Source of the DNA: Felis catus
Lineage: Eukaryota
Assembly (NCBI RefSeq): GCF_018350175.1
Contig: NC_058383.1
Coordinates: 4,526,001 to 4,590,000 of the forward strand
Direction of reading: 5' to 3'
Length of the DNA: 64,000 nucleotides
The notes beneath the pieces were generated by a model. That model was not told the DNA's origin. It worked only from the letters and a program-made list of their open reading frames with translations, and searched no databases. Below are positions 16,301 through 30,088 of the stretch, in pieces; within the stretch, counting starts at the first letter, position 1; every line of letters begins with the position of its first letter. Both the position numbers and the translations under genes were made by a program.

Positions 16301-17379
16301 CCCGGACCAAATTAACTCCATTCATCCTTCAGTTTCTCATTTTAAACGACTTCCTCAGATAAACCTTTCCTGACCATCCCCAATGACAACATATCTCACC
16401 CCTTCAAAGTGGCTGCCACAATAACCTACACTTACTTGGGAAGCTATGTTAAATCGCTATCTCCTCTGCTTACATCAGTTCCGAGATTGTAGGACCCTGC
16501 AGCTTATTCATTCCATAGCTACAGGACATAGCACGCTGCCTGGCACAAAGCAAATACTCCAGAAGACCTTTTTGAAAAAACATCATTTACAGACATAGCA
16601 GAATTATTAGAAATACGAACTATGGAACCAAACTGAGTTCGAGTCCCAGCTCTGACCCAGTCCTGTGACTCAAGAAGTTATTTTTCAGCACCTCATTTTC
16701 TTCCTTTTTAAACTAAGGACAATAACAGAACCCCCATCATTGAAGATTAAGAGAGTTTTAAAGAAAATGCTTAAAACGGTGTGGTGTCTAGCACATGGTT
16801 AGCATCATGTTTTGTCTCACTGACAATGAAGATAAAATAACATCGCCAGGCAGGAGAATTAGTCCTGAGGTCTGCAAATATCTCAACACAGTCTAGAATA
16901 TAGTGAACGCTCGTTAAATAGTAGCTATCGGAGTTGGCAAACACAGGCTCACTCAACTACCTTATTTCATAAACTTGCAGTCTCCTTGACTCGTATCTCA
17001 ACTTCCTTTATCAGATTCCTCCATAGGGGCCGGAAGGCTTCTTTCACTTGCTGCCGCCAGGCTCTATTTAAGAGTTAAGGTGATCCAAAATCTGGTCCCA
17101 GGCTCCCTAGCTGTTTCCTCCAGTTCACGCCACTCCCTGCCCCCAGCCCCAATAAATTACCTATAATAATAAACGGAACAAAGCAAGGTTGTTTCTTTGC
17201 GGTCTTCAGGCAAGCGTGCAAGACTGAGGTCGGTCCTAAAATCTTCCCTCTCCTCTCCCAGCTCCCAGCAGGGTACAAAAATCTTCTCTTTGCATTAGCA
17301 GAGCGCCTAGGACAAGCTGTACCCAGGAACTTATCACATTGTATTGGAGTTATTTACAAGGCCCCCTGGCTGGTTTATA

Positions 17380-18350
17380 TCGGACCCTGCCGGCGCTCAG
17401 GGAGCTCTCGCACGAGACTGGAGCGGCCCGAAGTTTCGAGACGAGCGTTCCACACAGCATTCAGCCACATCCCACGCGGGAACAGCGGTCTCGTTCACTG
17501 CGCGGCGCTCCAGGTACATTTGACGGGTTCGCGTTCCCCGCGCTGCAGAGGGTTTTGACGCACTTGGATGTCCCCGCAAGGGCTGGGTGGGAGTCGCCGG
17601 CTTTCTCGAGAAGAGAGCCCTCCTGAACCGAGTCGGGAGGGTTTGGGACTGAGGCCCGGCGCCCCTAGGCCGGGGGCGCCGGAGTTCAAAGTCATAGGGC
17701 ATCGCCGCCCGCGCGCTCCAGGCCGCGCTCGGCTCCACGGACGCCGCCTCCCGCGAGGTGCCGCCGGGGAAACTCGGTCTTTCGGCGCTTTCGCCTTCGC
17801 GCAGCAGGCCGGGGGCCGGCCCGCGAAACTTCCCGAAGTGGCGGGAGCGGGGGAGGGTCCGCCGGCCGCCTGCGCCTTTGTGGCTCCCGCCTCGCCGCCG
17901 GCCCCACTGCTCGCGTCCCTCGGCGGCGCCCCGCGCGTCCCCGGGCCCGCTCGCGTTGGGACGGCCGCCGGGCCAGGCCCGCGCCCCCGACTCCTCGGCC
18001 CCGCCGCCCCTCACGGCCGAGGCCCCCGCCCCCGCCCCCACCCCGGGGCTTAATGGAGGCGCCGGGCGGAGACGCCACTCGCCTCACACGGCCTGCCGAG
18101 GAGCTGGACGCGCCCCGCGGCCGACACTTACTCGCCACTCAGCTCGCCGGCTCGCCAAGCGGGCTCGGCGGCCTCTGTCGCCACGGCTTTTAGTCACCGG
18201 GAGCGGCCGCCGACAGCTTCGTCGCCGCCGCCTCCGAGCCTGCCGCTGCACTCCTTCCGGCCCCGCCGCGGCTTCACCCCGCGCCTGCGCACAGCGCCCC
18301 CTCCCGACTAATGACAGGAAGAACCATAGAGGCACGCCGGGTGCTAGGGA
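17380..18350. promoter_or_regulatory. CpG island / RNF216 promoter
   Basis: About 1 kb of very GC- and CpG-rich sequence in an AT-rich background. It contains GC boxes (CCCCGCCCC, 18024-18038), an ETS core CTTCCGG (18254-18260) and an NRF1-type GCGCCTGCGCA (18281-18291). Confidence 0.92.
18132..18290 (-). other. RNF216: RNF216 non-coding exon 1 (5' end approximate)
   Basis: Consensus donor GCGA|GTAAGTGT on the minus strand (GT at 18131-18130) inside the CpG island, upstream of exon 2 in the same orientation. The TSS is inferred from nearby NRF1/ETS motifs. Confidence 0.8.
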
Positions 18351-18599
18351 GGAGGGACCTGGGGAGTAAGACCATAGAGAGGGACGCCTTTCCGCTCACC
18401 ACCCAGTGAGTCTTGACTCCCCCACGGGGTGGGAGGATGAAGGAAACTGAGGTACCCTTCCCTCCACCCTAGGAAGTGTCGCCATCTCCCTAGAGATGAA
18501 TAGGTCGGGGGTGGGGTGGGGGGGGGTGGAGGTGGGCAGAAACAGGTGCCCGTGAAAATCCGCTGGATATGCATTTGTTTGCACCCCTTGTCTTTGGCA

Positions 18600-20580
18600 A
18601 GTCATTCATTCAATACGTATTTTCCGGAGAGGTTCCTGTCAGCCAGGCACTGTTCTAGGAATTGGGGATACAACGGTATGGAGGGTCCCTGTTCTCCTGA
18701 AGCTTATGTTTTAGCGGGTGGGTATATAGCTAGGGAACTCGCTAACTAGTAAACTAATGAACTAAAATACTGGTTCGGGCAGAAAGTGTTCAGGGAAAGA
18801 AAAAAAAAAACACGCATAGGAAAAATAAAGCAGCGAAACGGATAGAGCGTGATGTGATGAGGATACCGGTGTGGTCAGGGAGTCTTCCGAAGAGGGGACA
18901 TTTCAGCAGAATACGGAATGACATACGGAGGTGAGAGCGACGGTGACCACCTGGAGGAAACACACTTCAAGCACAAGGGAGATGCCTGGCGTGTTAGAAA
19001 AACAGCGAGCCTGCAGTGCGGTGAGTGAGACGAGTGTGGTAGGGAATGGGGGTTGGCCAGGTGGTAGGGGGCCAAATCATAGGTCTTTTTTTTTAAATCT
19101 GTATTTATTTATTTTGGGGGGGAGGGGGAGGGACAAAGAGAGGAGAGAGAGAGAATCCCAAGCAGGCTGCACACTGTCAACACAGAACCCCACATGGAGC
19201 TCCATCCCACCAACTGTGAGATCATGACCTGAACCCAAATCAAGAGCTGGATGCTTAACCGAATGAGCTACTCAGGTGCCCTCATAGAAAGTCTTGATAA
19301 GAAATTTGATTAAAAAAAATTTTTTTTAAATTTTTTTTTCAACGTTTATTTATTTTTGGGACAGAGAGAGACAGAGCATGAACGGGGGAGGGGCAGAGAG
19401 AGAGGGAGACACAGAATCGGAAACAGGCTCCAGGCTCCGAGCCATCAGCCCAGAGCCTGACGCGGGGCTCGAACTCACGGAGTGCGAGATCGTGACCTGG
19501 CTGAAGTCGGACGCTTAGCCGACTGCGCCACCCAGGCACCCCAGAAAAAAAATTTTTTTTTAAATCTACTTCGAGAGAGACAGCGTGAGCAGGGGAGGGG
19601 TAAAGAGAGAACAAGAATCCCAAGCAGGCTCCTGCCTGCCAGCATGTAGCCTGATGCGGGGCTGGAACTCAGGAACTGTAAGATCATGATCTGAGCTGAA
19701 ACCAAGAGTTGGACGCTTAACCGACTGAGCCACCCAGGCGCCCCAGAATCTGGATTTTCTTCCAACTGTGATGGGAAGCCACTAGAGAATTGGGAATAGA
19801 GGTGTGGGCTGATTTTTCCGAGAACGTTTTCCAAAGATGACCCTGGTGGCTATTTGAACAACAGACTCTAGAGAGCTAGAGTAGAAGCAGGAATGTGTTA
19901 GGAAGCGATTGCGGGAGTCAAAATAATTATTACGTGATGGTGACTTTAACTAAGATGGTCAGGAAGGAGGTGGGGAGAAATAATCACATTAGGGATTGAT
20001 TTTTTTTTTTTTTTTTAGGTAGAACAGAGACATTTGCAGGTGGATTGGATGTGAGGTGAGAGAGAAAGGAATCAAGGGTAACCACAAGGTTTTTGGCATG
20101 TGCAACTGAGTAAATGGTGGTTCCACTCACAACTAGGGGGGGAAATTGGGAGGGACAGGTTTTGGTCGGCCTAGGAAGAAGTGAAAGTGTTTTGGACACA
20201 TTAAATTGCCAGCTAGACCTTCAAATAGAGATGTCAATAGGCAGTTGGATATAGGAGTCTGAAGCTTCAGAAAGACAGGATAACTCAGGCTAGGGATTTA
20301 CAATGGGGGGTCACTGAGATATGGATAATGTATAAAGCCTTGGGACTGGCTATACTCATACCTAGGGAATGAGTAGATAGAGGAGAGAGGACAGAGCTCA
20401 GGGTCACTTCAACGTGTGCCAGGTAGAGGAGGGTGCTGAGGAGGAAAGCCCAGTGAAGGGGAAGGAAGACCAGGAGCGTGTGATATCTCAGAGGCCATAG
20501 AGACAAAGTGTTCCAAGAAGGAGGAAAATTATCGGTGTTGACAGATGCTGCTCAGAGATGCAATACAATGGAGCTGAATC
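18600..20580 (-). mobile_element. L2 3' remnant interrupted by SINEs
   Basis: cattcattcaa...ccaggcactgttctagg terminus with a purine-rich L2-like body. Confidence 0.7.
19310..19542 (-). mobile_element. Young Felis-type SINE (SINEC_Fc-like)
   Basis: Diagnostic gactgcgccacccagg, gacctggctgaagtc and gccatcagcccagagcc; CpGs retained; near-identical to the copies at about 32962, 45740, 48586 and 58793. Confidence 0.88.
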
Positions 20581-21415
20581 TCAGGGAAACCAGAAGGAGG
20601 GACATTGGCTGAGAGTGAGGCCGGGTACAAGATCTTGCAGTTTTGTAGAGGAGAGAGACAGGATGAGCTGAATGCTGTGGCCTTGCTGGCTCTGGAGTTC
20701 TGTGGTCAGAGATTTAAAGTGAAGCCAGGCAGCAAGGATATGGGGCTTTCTCCAGCCACCCACTTAGATGCAGGGGGAAGAAAGGAGCTGGAGACAGTGG
20801 GTCAATGAGAGGTATGCTTGACATTGAGATTTTGGAGATGATGCAGTTGTTGGTAATGATGAGCCAAGGGATCGCTGAAGCCCCACGACGAGGGTGCCTG
20901 AGGTAGAGAGGAGGCGTAGATCATCGAAGGGCAGGGATTAAGAAACGAAGGGCTGGGTGTAGATAGATTATATAAGAGGATATTAAATCGTCAAGAAAGA
21001 TGTCAGAAACAGAGGTGGGGCGTGGAATAAGACAGTTCCTAAAATCTTCAATGAATGAGGAGGACTGACCAGCAGCCCAGCAGATAGTTGCCCAGGAAAG
21101 AGGGTGGTATGGTCCCACGGCACGTGCTTTGAAGATTCAGTTAATCGTCATTGTTGTTTTTGATTTGCTGGCCCTGCTCCATCTTCTCAAGATGTCACAG
21201 AGGAGCCCACACCTGCCCTGTCACTGAACCACAAAACAGCAGAGCAGGAAAGGGAACAGCCTTTAACAAACCTCAGACTTTTGAGCAGTATGGGAATATC
21301 ACAATTTTTGCCTAAGTGACCTATTGCCTATAAGTAATATTTTGTTCTTTAGACAGATTCATTTTTCATCAAAATATATATTTTTAATTTTTTTATGTTT
21401 GTTTATTTTTTAGCG

Positions 21416-21420
<5 letters not shown>

Positions 21421-21462
<42 letters not shown>
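21421..21462. repeat. (CA)21 microsatellite in a SINE
   Basis: Directly visible. Confidence 0.97.
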
Positions 21463-21465
<3 letters not shown>

Positions 21466-22459
21466 TGTGGATGGGGGAGGGGCAGACAGAGAGGGAGACA
21501 CAGAATCCGAAGCAGGCTCTGGGCTGTCAGCACAGAGCCTGATGCGTGGCTCAAACCCACAAACCGTGAGACATGACCTGAGCCAAAGTCAGACGCTCAA
21601 CCACCTGAGCCACTCAGGTGCCCCAAAATATATTTATTTTAAAAGGGAAGCCTCATTTCCCTCTATAAATAGAAAACAAGTCTCACTCTCCATAAAGCAG
21701 AAAGTGACCATAAAAATAGGTTCCAGGAAATAAAACAATGTTATTGACTTCTTTTTTTTTCTTTTTTTTTTTAAGTTTTTTATTTAATGTTTATTTATTT
21801 TTGGAGGAGAGAGAGAGAGACAGAGCGTGAGCAGGGGAGGAGGCTCAGAATCCAAAGTAGGCTCCAGGCTCCGAGCTGTCAGCACAGAGCCCGACGTGGG
21901 GCTCGAACTGGGAGATCATGATCTGAGCCAAAGTCAGACCCTCAACCGACTGAGCCACCCAGGCACCCCTGTTACTGACTTCTTAAAAAGTTATAATTAG
22001 AGGAAACCAACCAATAAACCAGCCAACCAATAAACTAATAAACCAACCAATAAAATACAAGTAAAAATGAAAATCAAGGATAGATTAATAGAACTGAAAG
22101 TAAGCTTCCTTAAGAGAAGGATGGCAACCTGATACTTACATAACGCCATATGTTAACTAATTGGAATTAAAATAAAACTAAAAAAAAAAAGAAATGAGGG
22201 TGGCCTGCATGGCTCAGTTGGTACAACGTGTGACTCTTGATCTTGGGGTTGTGAGTTCGAGCCCCACGTTGGGTAGTACTTAAAAAAATAAAATAAAGTA
22301 AATTTTAATTTAATTAAAAAAAAGAGAAGGATGGAATAGTTTGTGAGTAGTCAGAAGTATTAAGGGATTTTTGCTCCATATTTTTATTATAAGGAAAAAT
22401 GTTCTATGTCGATAAGAGGAGTCACTTTTTTTTCTTTTTTTGCTTTTAACGTTAACCAG

Positions 22460-22672
22460 CACCCAAAATCAGAAAGGGCAGAAGAGATCTGCCCGCAGAC
22501 AAAACTATTGCCCAGAAGCGATGCTTTGCTACTTTCCTGGGAAGAGTTTTCCCATCTATGGAAACTGGTCCCATGTGTATTGGCTATACTTCCGTGCAGT
22601 TATGGTGGAAGGTGTGCAACATAAGAACACTCTGAGCCTTGCAGAAAGCTGGGGTATAATTCATACACCTCT
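22460..22672 (+). pseudogene. EXOC3-like relic, segment 1 (N-terminal region)
   Basis: Acceptor-like T-rich tract ending ttaaccag| (AG 22458-59) and donor CT|GTGAGT (22673). HPKSERAEEI-AR (22460-22496, 1-nt shift) resembles EXOC3L1 WPEQERAEQLAR. SY-VEGVQ (22598-22619, 1-nt shift) resembles SYLEGVQ. Confidence 0.7.
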
Positions 22673-22939
22673 GTGAGTCATTGCAGCACTGCTTCCTGTA
22701 TTTCATTTTCTGGTTACAATTAGTTTAATGTGCCTGCCACCTGTAAAATCATTTATAATCGTAGAGGACTGCCATTTCCACACTCTGTGTATCATCCTCA
22801 CTCCCAAGAGCTGTGAGTATTGCCATCAGTTTTATCTCGATGAAGCCGTGCTAGTCTGGCCATGGAGGAAATTATTCCTGAACTCGATCTGCTTTCAGAA
22901 GCAGTAATTTCCTGCTATTCTAGCGCATTGCTTTTTTTT

Positions 22940-25890
22940 TTTAATCAGTGTTATTGCAGAATGATTTATATGCAATACGACGCGCCCACTGTAAGTGTAC
23001 ATTTCTGAGTTTTGACAGATTCATGCGCCCACGCATATAACCTCCGCTGCAATCAAGATAGACATCATTCCCATCACCCCCAAATATTCTCTGGTGCTCC
23101 TTCCTCAACCTGTAGTGGTTGATCCGCTACCTCCAGCCCTGGATGCTAGGCAACCACTTATCTGCTTTCTGTCACTTTAGATTAGAATTGCTTTTTCTGT
23201 AGTTTCAGATAAAGGAGATCATAAAGCATGCACTCTTGTGTCTGGTTTCTTCTGCTCAACATATGTTTATTCTCTCAATTTTTATTGTGGTAAAATGCAC
23301 ACAACAAAATCTCAAATCTTAACCATCTTTAAGTGTATGCCTCAGTCGTATCAAATGTATTCATAATGGATGTTGTGCAAACATCATCACCATCCATCTC
23401 CATAACTGTTTTCATTTTGCAAAACTGAAATTCTATACCCATGGGACAGTAGCTCCCCATTCCCCGCTCCCCACCCCCCCAGCCCCTGACAACCACCTTT
23501 CTACTTTCTGTCCCTGTGATTATCACTGCTCTAAGTACTACGTGTAAGTGGAATCATACAGGATTTGTCTGTGACTGGTTTTATGTCACTCAGCAGAACA
23601 TTCTCGAGGTTCATCCATGTTGTAGCATGTGTCAGAATTTCCTTCCTTTTTAAGGCTGAGTAATATTCCATTGTGTGCCTTACCACATTTTGCTTATCCA
23701 TTCATCTGTCAATGGACATTTGGGTTGCTTTCATGTTTTAACCCTTGTGAATAATGCTGCTATGGACATGAGTATACAGCGATCTCTTTAAATTCTTCTG
23801 GATATATACCCGGAGTGGAATCACTGGCTCATAGGGTAATTCTGTTTTTTTAACTTTTTTTTTTAAGAGAGAGAGAAAGAGCACAAATGGGGGAGAAGGG
23901 CAGAGGGAGAGAGAGAGAATCCCAAGCAGGCTGCATATCCAGCATGGAGCCTGACACAGGGCTCGATCTGACCATCCCGGGATCACGACCCAAGCTGAAA
24001 TCAGGAGCCGGACACTCAACCGACTGAGCTACCCAGGCACCCCTGGTAATTCTATTTTTAATTTTCCAGTAAACATCATATTGTTATCCACTATTTGACA
24101 TTTCCACCGACTGTGTACGACGGTTCCAATTTCTCCACATCTTTACCAATCTTTACTATTTTCTGTTTTTTGATAATAGCTATCCTAATGAGTATGAAGT
24201 AATATTATAGTCCTGATTTACATTTCCCTGATGATTAATGATCTCTAGCATTTTTTCACGTGCTTATTCACAGTTGTATATTTTGTTTGGAGAAATGTCT
24301 ATTCAATATTTTGGCCATTTTTATGTGGATTTGTTTCATTGCTGTTGAGTTTCAGAAGCTGTCTGTATATTGTGAATATTGATCCTTTATCAGATATATG
24401 ATTCCCAAATATATTCCCCCATTCTGTGGGTTGCCTTTTTAAAAAAATTTTTTTTAATGTTTATTTATTTTTGAGAGACACGGAGACAGAATGCAAGTGG
24501 GTTAGGGGCAGAGAGAGAGGGAGACACAGAATCAGAAGCAGGCTCCAGGCTCTGAGCTGTCAGCACAGCTTGAACTCACGAGCTGTGAGATCATGACCTG
24601 AGGTGAAGTCGGACACTCAACCGACTGAGCCACCCAGGTGCCCCATGTGGGTTGCCTTTTTTCACCTTGTTGATATTGTCTTTGATGCACAAAATTTTTA
24701 AATATTCACAAAGTCCTGTTGGTCTGTTTTTAAATAGACACCTATACCTTTGGTGTCACGGCCAAGAGATCTCAAGATTTGGCAATCTATAATTGCCAGA
24801 TCCAATGTCACGAAGCTTTTGCTTATTTTTTTAATTAATTAATTAATTAATTTATTTATTTATTTTTAAGTAGGCTCCACACCCAACGCGGGGCTTGAAA
24901 TCACGACCTTGTGATTAAGAGTCAGACGCTCTACCAACTGAGCCAGCCAGATGCCCCTAACTTTATAGTTTTAGATTTTCGTTTTAGGTTGATCCATTTT
25001 TATATCACTTTTTTTATATGGAATTCTGTAATTCTTTATTTTTTTTTTTTCTTTATGCCAGGACCACACTGTTTTGAGTACTGTAGCTTTGGAGTGAGTT
25101 TTGAAATCGGGAAGTGTGACTCCTCCAGCTTTGTTTTCCTTTCTCAAGATTGCTTTGGCTATTTAGGGTCCCTTGAGATTCCATATGTATTTTAGGATGG
25201 GTTTTTCTGTTTCTATTGAAAAAAGTGTCACTGGGATTTTGATAGAGATTGCCCTGAATCTGTAAGCTTCTTTGGGTGGTATTGACATCTTCACAATATT
25301 AATACTTCCAACCTATGGACATGGGAGGTGTTTTCATTTGGTTACATCTTCTTTCAGCAAAGTTTTGTAGTTTTCATTGTACAAGGCTAGGTCAGCATAT
25401 GTTTTGGGGGTTCCTCCACTTTGCGTGTGCCAATGGTTTATTCCTTTCGCTGCTGAGTAGAATTCCATTACACAGCTATAGCACAGTTTGTTCTTTTACT
25501 CACCAGATGATGGGCGTTGAATTGTGTCCAGTTTGGGGCTATTTTGAATAAAGCTGCTAGGAACATTAATGTACATGTGTGGGGGTGGATATCTGTTCTC
25601 ATTTTCTGGGTGTGGAATTGCTGAGTCATGTATTAAGTGTCAAACTGTTTTCCAAAGTGGTTGTACCATTTGACTTTTCCCCTGGCAAGGAATGAGAGTT
25701 CCGGGTGTTCCTCATGGTCACCCACAGTCTTTAATTCCAGCCATTGTAATGGACGTATAGTGGTGTATTGGTGTGGATTTAATATGCATTTCCCTGATGG
25801 CTAATTGTGTTGTGCATCTTTGCTTGTGCCTTTTTACATCTTCTTTTGTGAAGTTTTGGGTTTCTTGTTTGTTTGTATTGGCCCATTATT
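22940..25890 (-). mobile_element. Old L1 (L1M-type) 3' UTR/ORF2 fragments with nested SINEs
   Basis: Typical antisense L1 3' motifs: catccatgttgtagcatgtgtcagaatttccttcctttttaaggctgagtaatattccattg and tttcattgctgttgag. Confidence 0.85.
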
Positions 25891-27359
25891 TTTTTTTCAA
25901 AGATTTTATTTTTGGGGGTGCCTGGGTGGCTTAGTTAGCGGCCGACTTCAGCTCAGGTCATGATCTCGCAGCCCATGGGTTCCAGCCCCGTGTCAGGCCC
26001 TGTGCTGCCAGCTCAGAGTCTGAGCCTGCTTCAGATTCTGTGTTTCCCTCTCTCTTTCTCTCTCTCTGCCCCATCCCCACTCATAATCTGTCTCTCTCCC
26101 TCTCTCAAAAAAATGAATGAACACTACAAAAAATTTTTTTAAAGATTTTTAAAAGTAATCTCTGTACCTAACATGGGTCTTGGACCCACAACCCTGAGAT
26201 CAAGAGTCACATGCTCTAGTGACTGAGGTGCCCCTCGGCCCATTATTTAAATTGAGTTGTTTGTCTTCTTATAATTGAGTTGTAAGTGTTCTTTTTCTAT
26301 TTTGGATATGAGTCCCTAAGTAGTGTGTATATTTTCTTTCACTCTCTTGCCTTTTCGTTTTCTTTATATTTTGACAACATAATTAACAAGTTTGATCTAA
26401 TGAACATATATAGAATATTACACGTATTAGAGGAATACATGTTACCTTCAGATATGTATTTATGAAAATGATTATGTACTAGATCATAAAGCAAGCACCA
26501 AAAAATCTGATAAACAGTATTTATAAGAAACATTAATGGTAAAATAAATGGAATGTACCATGTTCAAGAAAAGGATTACCCAATAGTCTAAAGATAATTT
26601 TCCCCCAAATTGACCTTTAGATATGATGTAATCCCAAACTAAATTTTGGAGGCATTTGTTAAACGAATTACAAAATTTATACAATAATGCAGAGCGAAAA
26701 CAAAACAAAACAAAACCCAGTCAAGATACTTCTGATGAAGAATAAGGTAAGAGGACTTACTCCACTGGATTTCAAGACATTTTATAAACACATAGTAAGT
26801 AAGACAGTGTGGCAATAATAGAGGAGTAGACCGGTGGAATAGATCAGAGAGCCCAGAAACAAATCCACACATACGTGGAAACCTGACATATGACAGCTGG
26901 TATCACAGGGAGAAAAAGGATGCCCTCATCCATATATGATTTTGGTGCACGTGGGTGGCTCAGGCTCAGTTGATTAAGCGTCCGACTCTTGGTTTCAACT
27001 CAGGTCATATCTCATGGTTCATGAGTTTGAGCCCTGTGTCCGGCTCTGTGCTGATGGCATGGAAGCTGCTTGGGATTCTCTCTCCCTCCATCTCTCTGTA
27101 ACCGCCCCCATGGGTGCACACACACACACACACACACACACACAGTCTCAAAATAAATAAATAAACATTAAAAAATAAAATTAATTCTTTAAAATATGTA
27201 GATTCTTGAGACAACTGATTATCCGTATGGAAAAAAACAAAGAAAATAGATCCCTCCCTCACACACACACAAAAATCAACCGCAGATAGAAAAAGGGCCT
27301 AAGCAAGAAAGGCAAAACTTTGAGAAAAAAAATATATAGGAAAAGAAACAATTCTTCAG

Positions 27360-27600
27360 CCATCCAGATGAAAAAAGGAAAGCTCCTGGTAGCCAAATTG
27401 CACAACCACAAATGCCACCTCTGGTCCACATGACCTGACTTCCCTTGTTCCTGCTGAGGCGTTGAGCCCGATAGGTGACCCTGGTTGCTCTCTGCATTCC
27501 CCAGTTCTGCGAGTTATTGCTCAGCTTGACTTTCTTGCAGAGGCTCCTGGGGACCTCTGTAGCTGCAGAGTGTGACAGGATTCTCCACGGAGCCTAGAGG
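27360..27600 (+). pseudogene. EXOC3-like relic, segment 2
   Basis: IAQ-HK (27397-27412, 1-nt shift) resembles VAQHK. VPA (27447-55) matches VPA. QFCELLLSLTFLQRL (from 27502) resembles QFLEAYVSLRELEQL of EXOC3L1. Confidence 0.65.
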
Positions 27601-29421
27601 GTAGCAGGAGGAGAGGCTGGCAGGAGTGGGGTGGGACTGCCTTTGCATTTTCTTAAGAGAGTCTTCTGGGGGCACCTGGGTGGTTCAGTCGGTTAAGCTT
27701 CAGCTCAGGTCATGGTTTCACGGTTCGTGAGTTCGAGCCCCACATCAGGCTCTGTGCTGACAGATCAGAGCCTGGAGCCTGCTTCAGATTCTGTGTCTCC
27801 CTCTCTCTGTGCCCTTCCCCTGTTCATGCTCTGTTTCTGTCTCCCTCTCTCAAAAATAAATATTTTTAAAAAATTTTTAAAAAGTGTGTTCTGAAGGGCA
27901 AATTTTAGTTTTGATATATATATTTTAAATTTTTTTAAAAGTTTATGTATTTTTGAGAGAGAGAGTGCAGGGGAAGGGCAGAGAGGGGGAGAGAAAGAAT
28001 CCTAGGCAGGCTCTGCACCATCAGCATGGAGCCCGATGTGGGGCTCGAACCCATGAACCATGAGACCATGACCTGAACTTAAGAGTTGGACACTTAACCA
28101 ACTAAGTCACTCTGGTGCCCCAGGTTTGAAACATATATTTTTAAAATTTCCATTCAGTTTAAATATTTTCTTATTTCCCTTGTGATTTCTTTGTTGACCC
28201 ATGGGTTATTTAGAATTGTGTTTAGGGGTGCCTGGGAGGCTCAGTCAGCTAAACGTCTGACTTTGGCTCAGGGCGTGATCTCTCGGTTTGTGAGTTCGAG
28301 CCCTATATTGGGCTCTGCGCTGACAGTGCTGAGCCTGTTTGAGATTCTCTCCCTCTCTCTCTGCCCCTTCCTCACTCTCTCTCTTTCAAAATAAATAAAT
28401 AAACTTAATTTTTTTTAAATTTTTTTGTTGGGGGAGTTTTTAAGATATTTCTCTGGTTTCTAATTTAATTTCTTTATGGCTAGAAAACATACTGTGTAAG
28501 CTGTCCAACTTTAAAAAATTCACTGAGACTTGTTACAGGGCCGGGGAGTTTCTGGCGAATTTTCCATATACATTTGGAAAGAATGTCTATTCTGCCCCTC
28601 CTCAGTGGTGTGTTCTGTACATGTCAACTAGGTCAATGTTAAAAGCTACATCCTTCCTGATTTTCCATCCCCTTGTTCTTGTAATTAGAGTCAAGTCTTG
28701 AACCGTCCAGCTGTGACTGTAGGTTTGTTGACAACATAGAGTTGAGTCTTGCATTTTTAGCCAATCTCATAATCTCTGTCAATTAAAGTGTTCAGAGTAT
28801 TTTAATTAAATATAATTCTTGATGTGATTGGGTCTAAATCTATGTAGATTATCTTGTATTTGTTTTCTATTTGACCCTCCTATTTTTTTTTTCCTGTCTT
28901 CTTTTGGATTTCACCAAGTAATTTTGAGATTTCTGTTTTTCTCTCTACTATTGGCTTATTAGCTATACTTCCTCGTATTACTATTTTAATGATTTCACGA
29001 AGGTTTGTAACATGCATGCTGATCTTATCACAACCCATCTTTAAATAATGTTATTCCACTTTATGTTTAATCTGAGTCACTTACAAGAATATACTTCCAT
29101 CTCTGCCTTCATCTTTTGTGGTTTTACTTCCACGTATAATATGAACTCCACAACCCTGCCCTTCCCAACATTATGCCTTCCGATTTCTAGCTGCCTGAGT
29201 CTCTGAGTTCTGATCTCTATCTCTTCCGCTTGATAAGGCTCCGGGGTTCTGATGAGATTTCCCTTCCTCGCTCCTCTCTGATCCGGAAATTGCTTCCAGG
29301 CATAAGCTGGGGTGGTGTTAGGCTCGCTCAGCTCATTTGTTATCTTACTCTTGGGCACCCAGTCCTGGGCTGCATGCCGCCAATGTCTAAAAACTGCTGT
29401 TTCATGATATTCCCAGTTTTC

Positions 29422-30088
29422 TTTTCTTTTCTTTTCTTTTCTTTTCTTTTCTTTTCTTTTCTTTTCTTTTCTTCTTTTCTTTTTTTTTCAATATATGAAA
29501 TTTATTGTCAAATTGGTTTCCATACAACACCCAGTGCTCAACCCAAAAGGTGCCCTCCTCAATACCCATCACCCACCCTCCCCTCCCTCCCACCCCCCAT
29601 CAACCCTCAGTTTGTTCTCAGTTTTTAACAGTCTCTTATGTTTTGGCTCTCTCCCACTCTAACCTCTTTTTTTTTTTTTTTCCTTCCCTTCCCCCATGGG
29701 TTTCTGTTAAGTTTCTTAGGATCCACATAAGAGTGAAACCATATGGTATCTGTCTTTCTCTGTATGGCTTATTTCACTTAGCATCACACTCTCCAGTTCC
29801 ATCCACGTTGCTACAAAAGGCCATATTTCATTCTTTCTCATTGCCACGTAGTATTCCATTGTGTATATAAACCACAATTTCTTTATCCATTCATCAGTTG
29901 ATGGACATTTAGGCTCTTTCCATAATTTGGCTATTGTTGAGAGTGCTGCTATAAACATTGGGGTACAAGTGCCATATGCATCAGTACTCCTGTATCCCTT
30001 GGATAAATTCCTAGCAGCGCTATTGCTGGGTCATAGGGTAGGTCTATTTTTAATTTTCTGAGGAACCTCCACACTGCTTTCCAGAGCA
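29422..30088 (-). mobile_element. 5'-truncated young carnivore/felid L1 with TSD
   Basis: ORF 29716-29958 is the L1 ORF2 C-terminus (MFIAALSTIAKLWKEPKCPSTDEWIKKLW...). TSD gatat(t/g)cccagttttc lies at 29406-29421 and 30089-30104. The tail has become (TTTTC)n. Confidence 0.93.

Noticed and set aside
17339..18369. Long overlapping ORFs (up to 214 aa) on both strands
   Set aside because: They are Pro/Arg/Gly/Ala-rich by-products of the stop-poor CpG island and show no recognisable domain.
22862..22930. ATG in good context giving MEEIIPELDLLSEAVISCYS
   Set aside because: It is short, has no supporting splice structure and could not be placed in the colinear Sec6 alignment.
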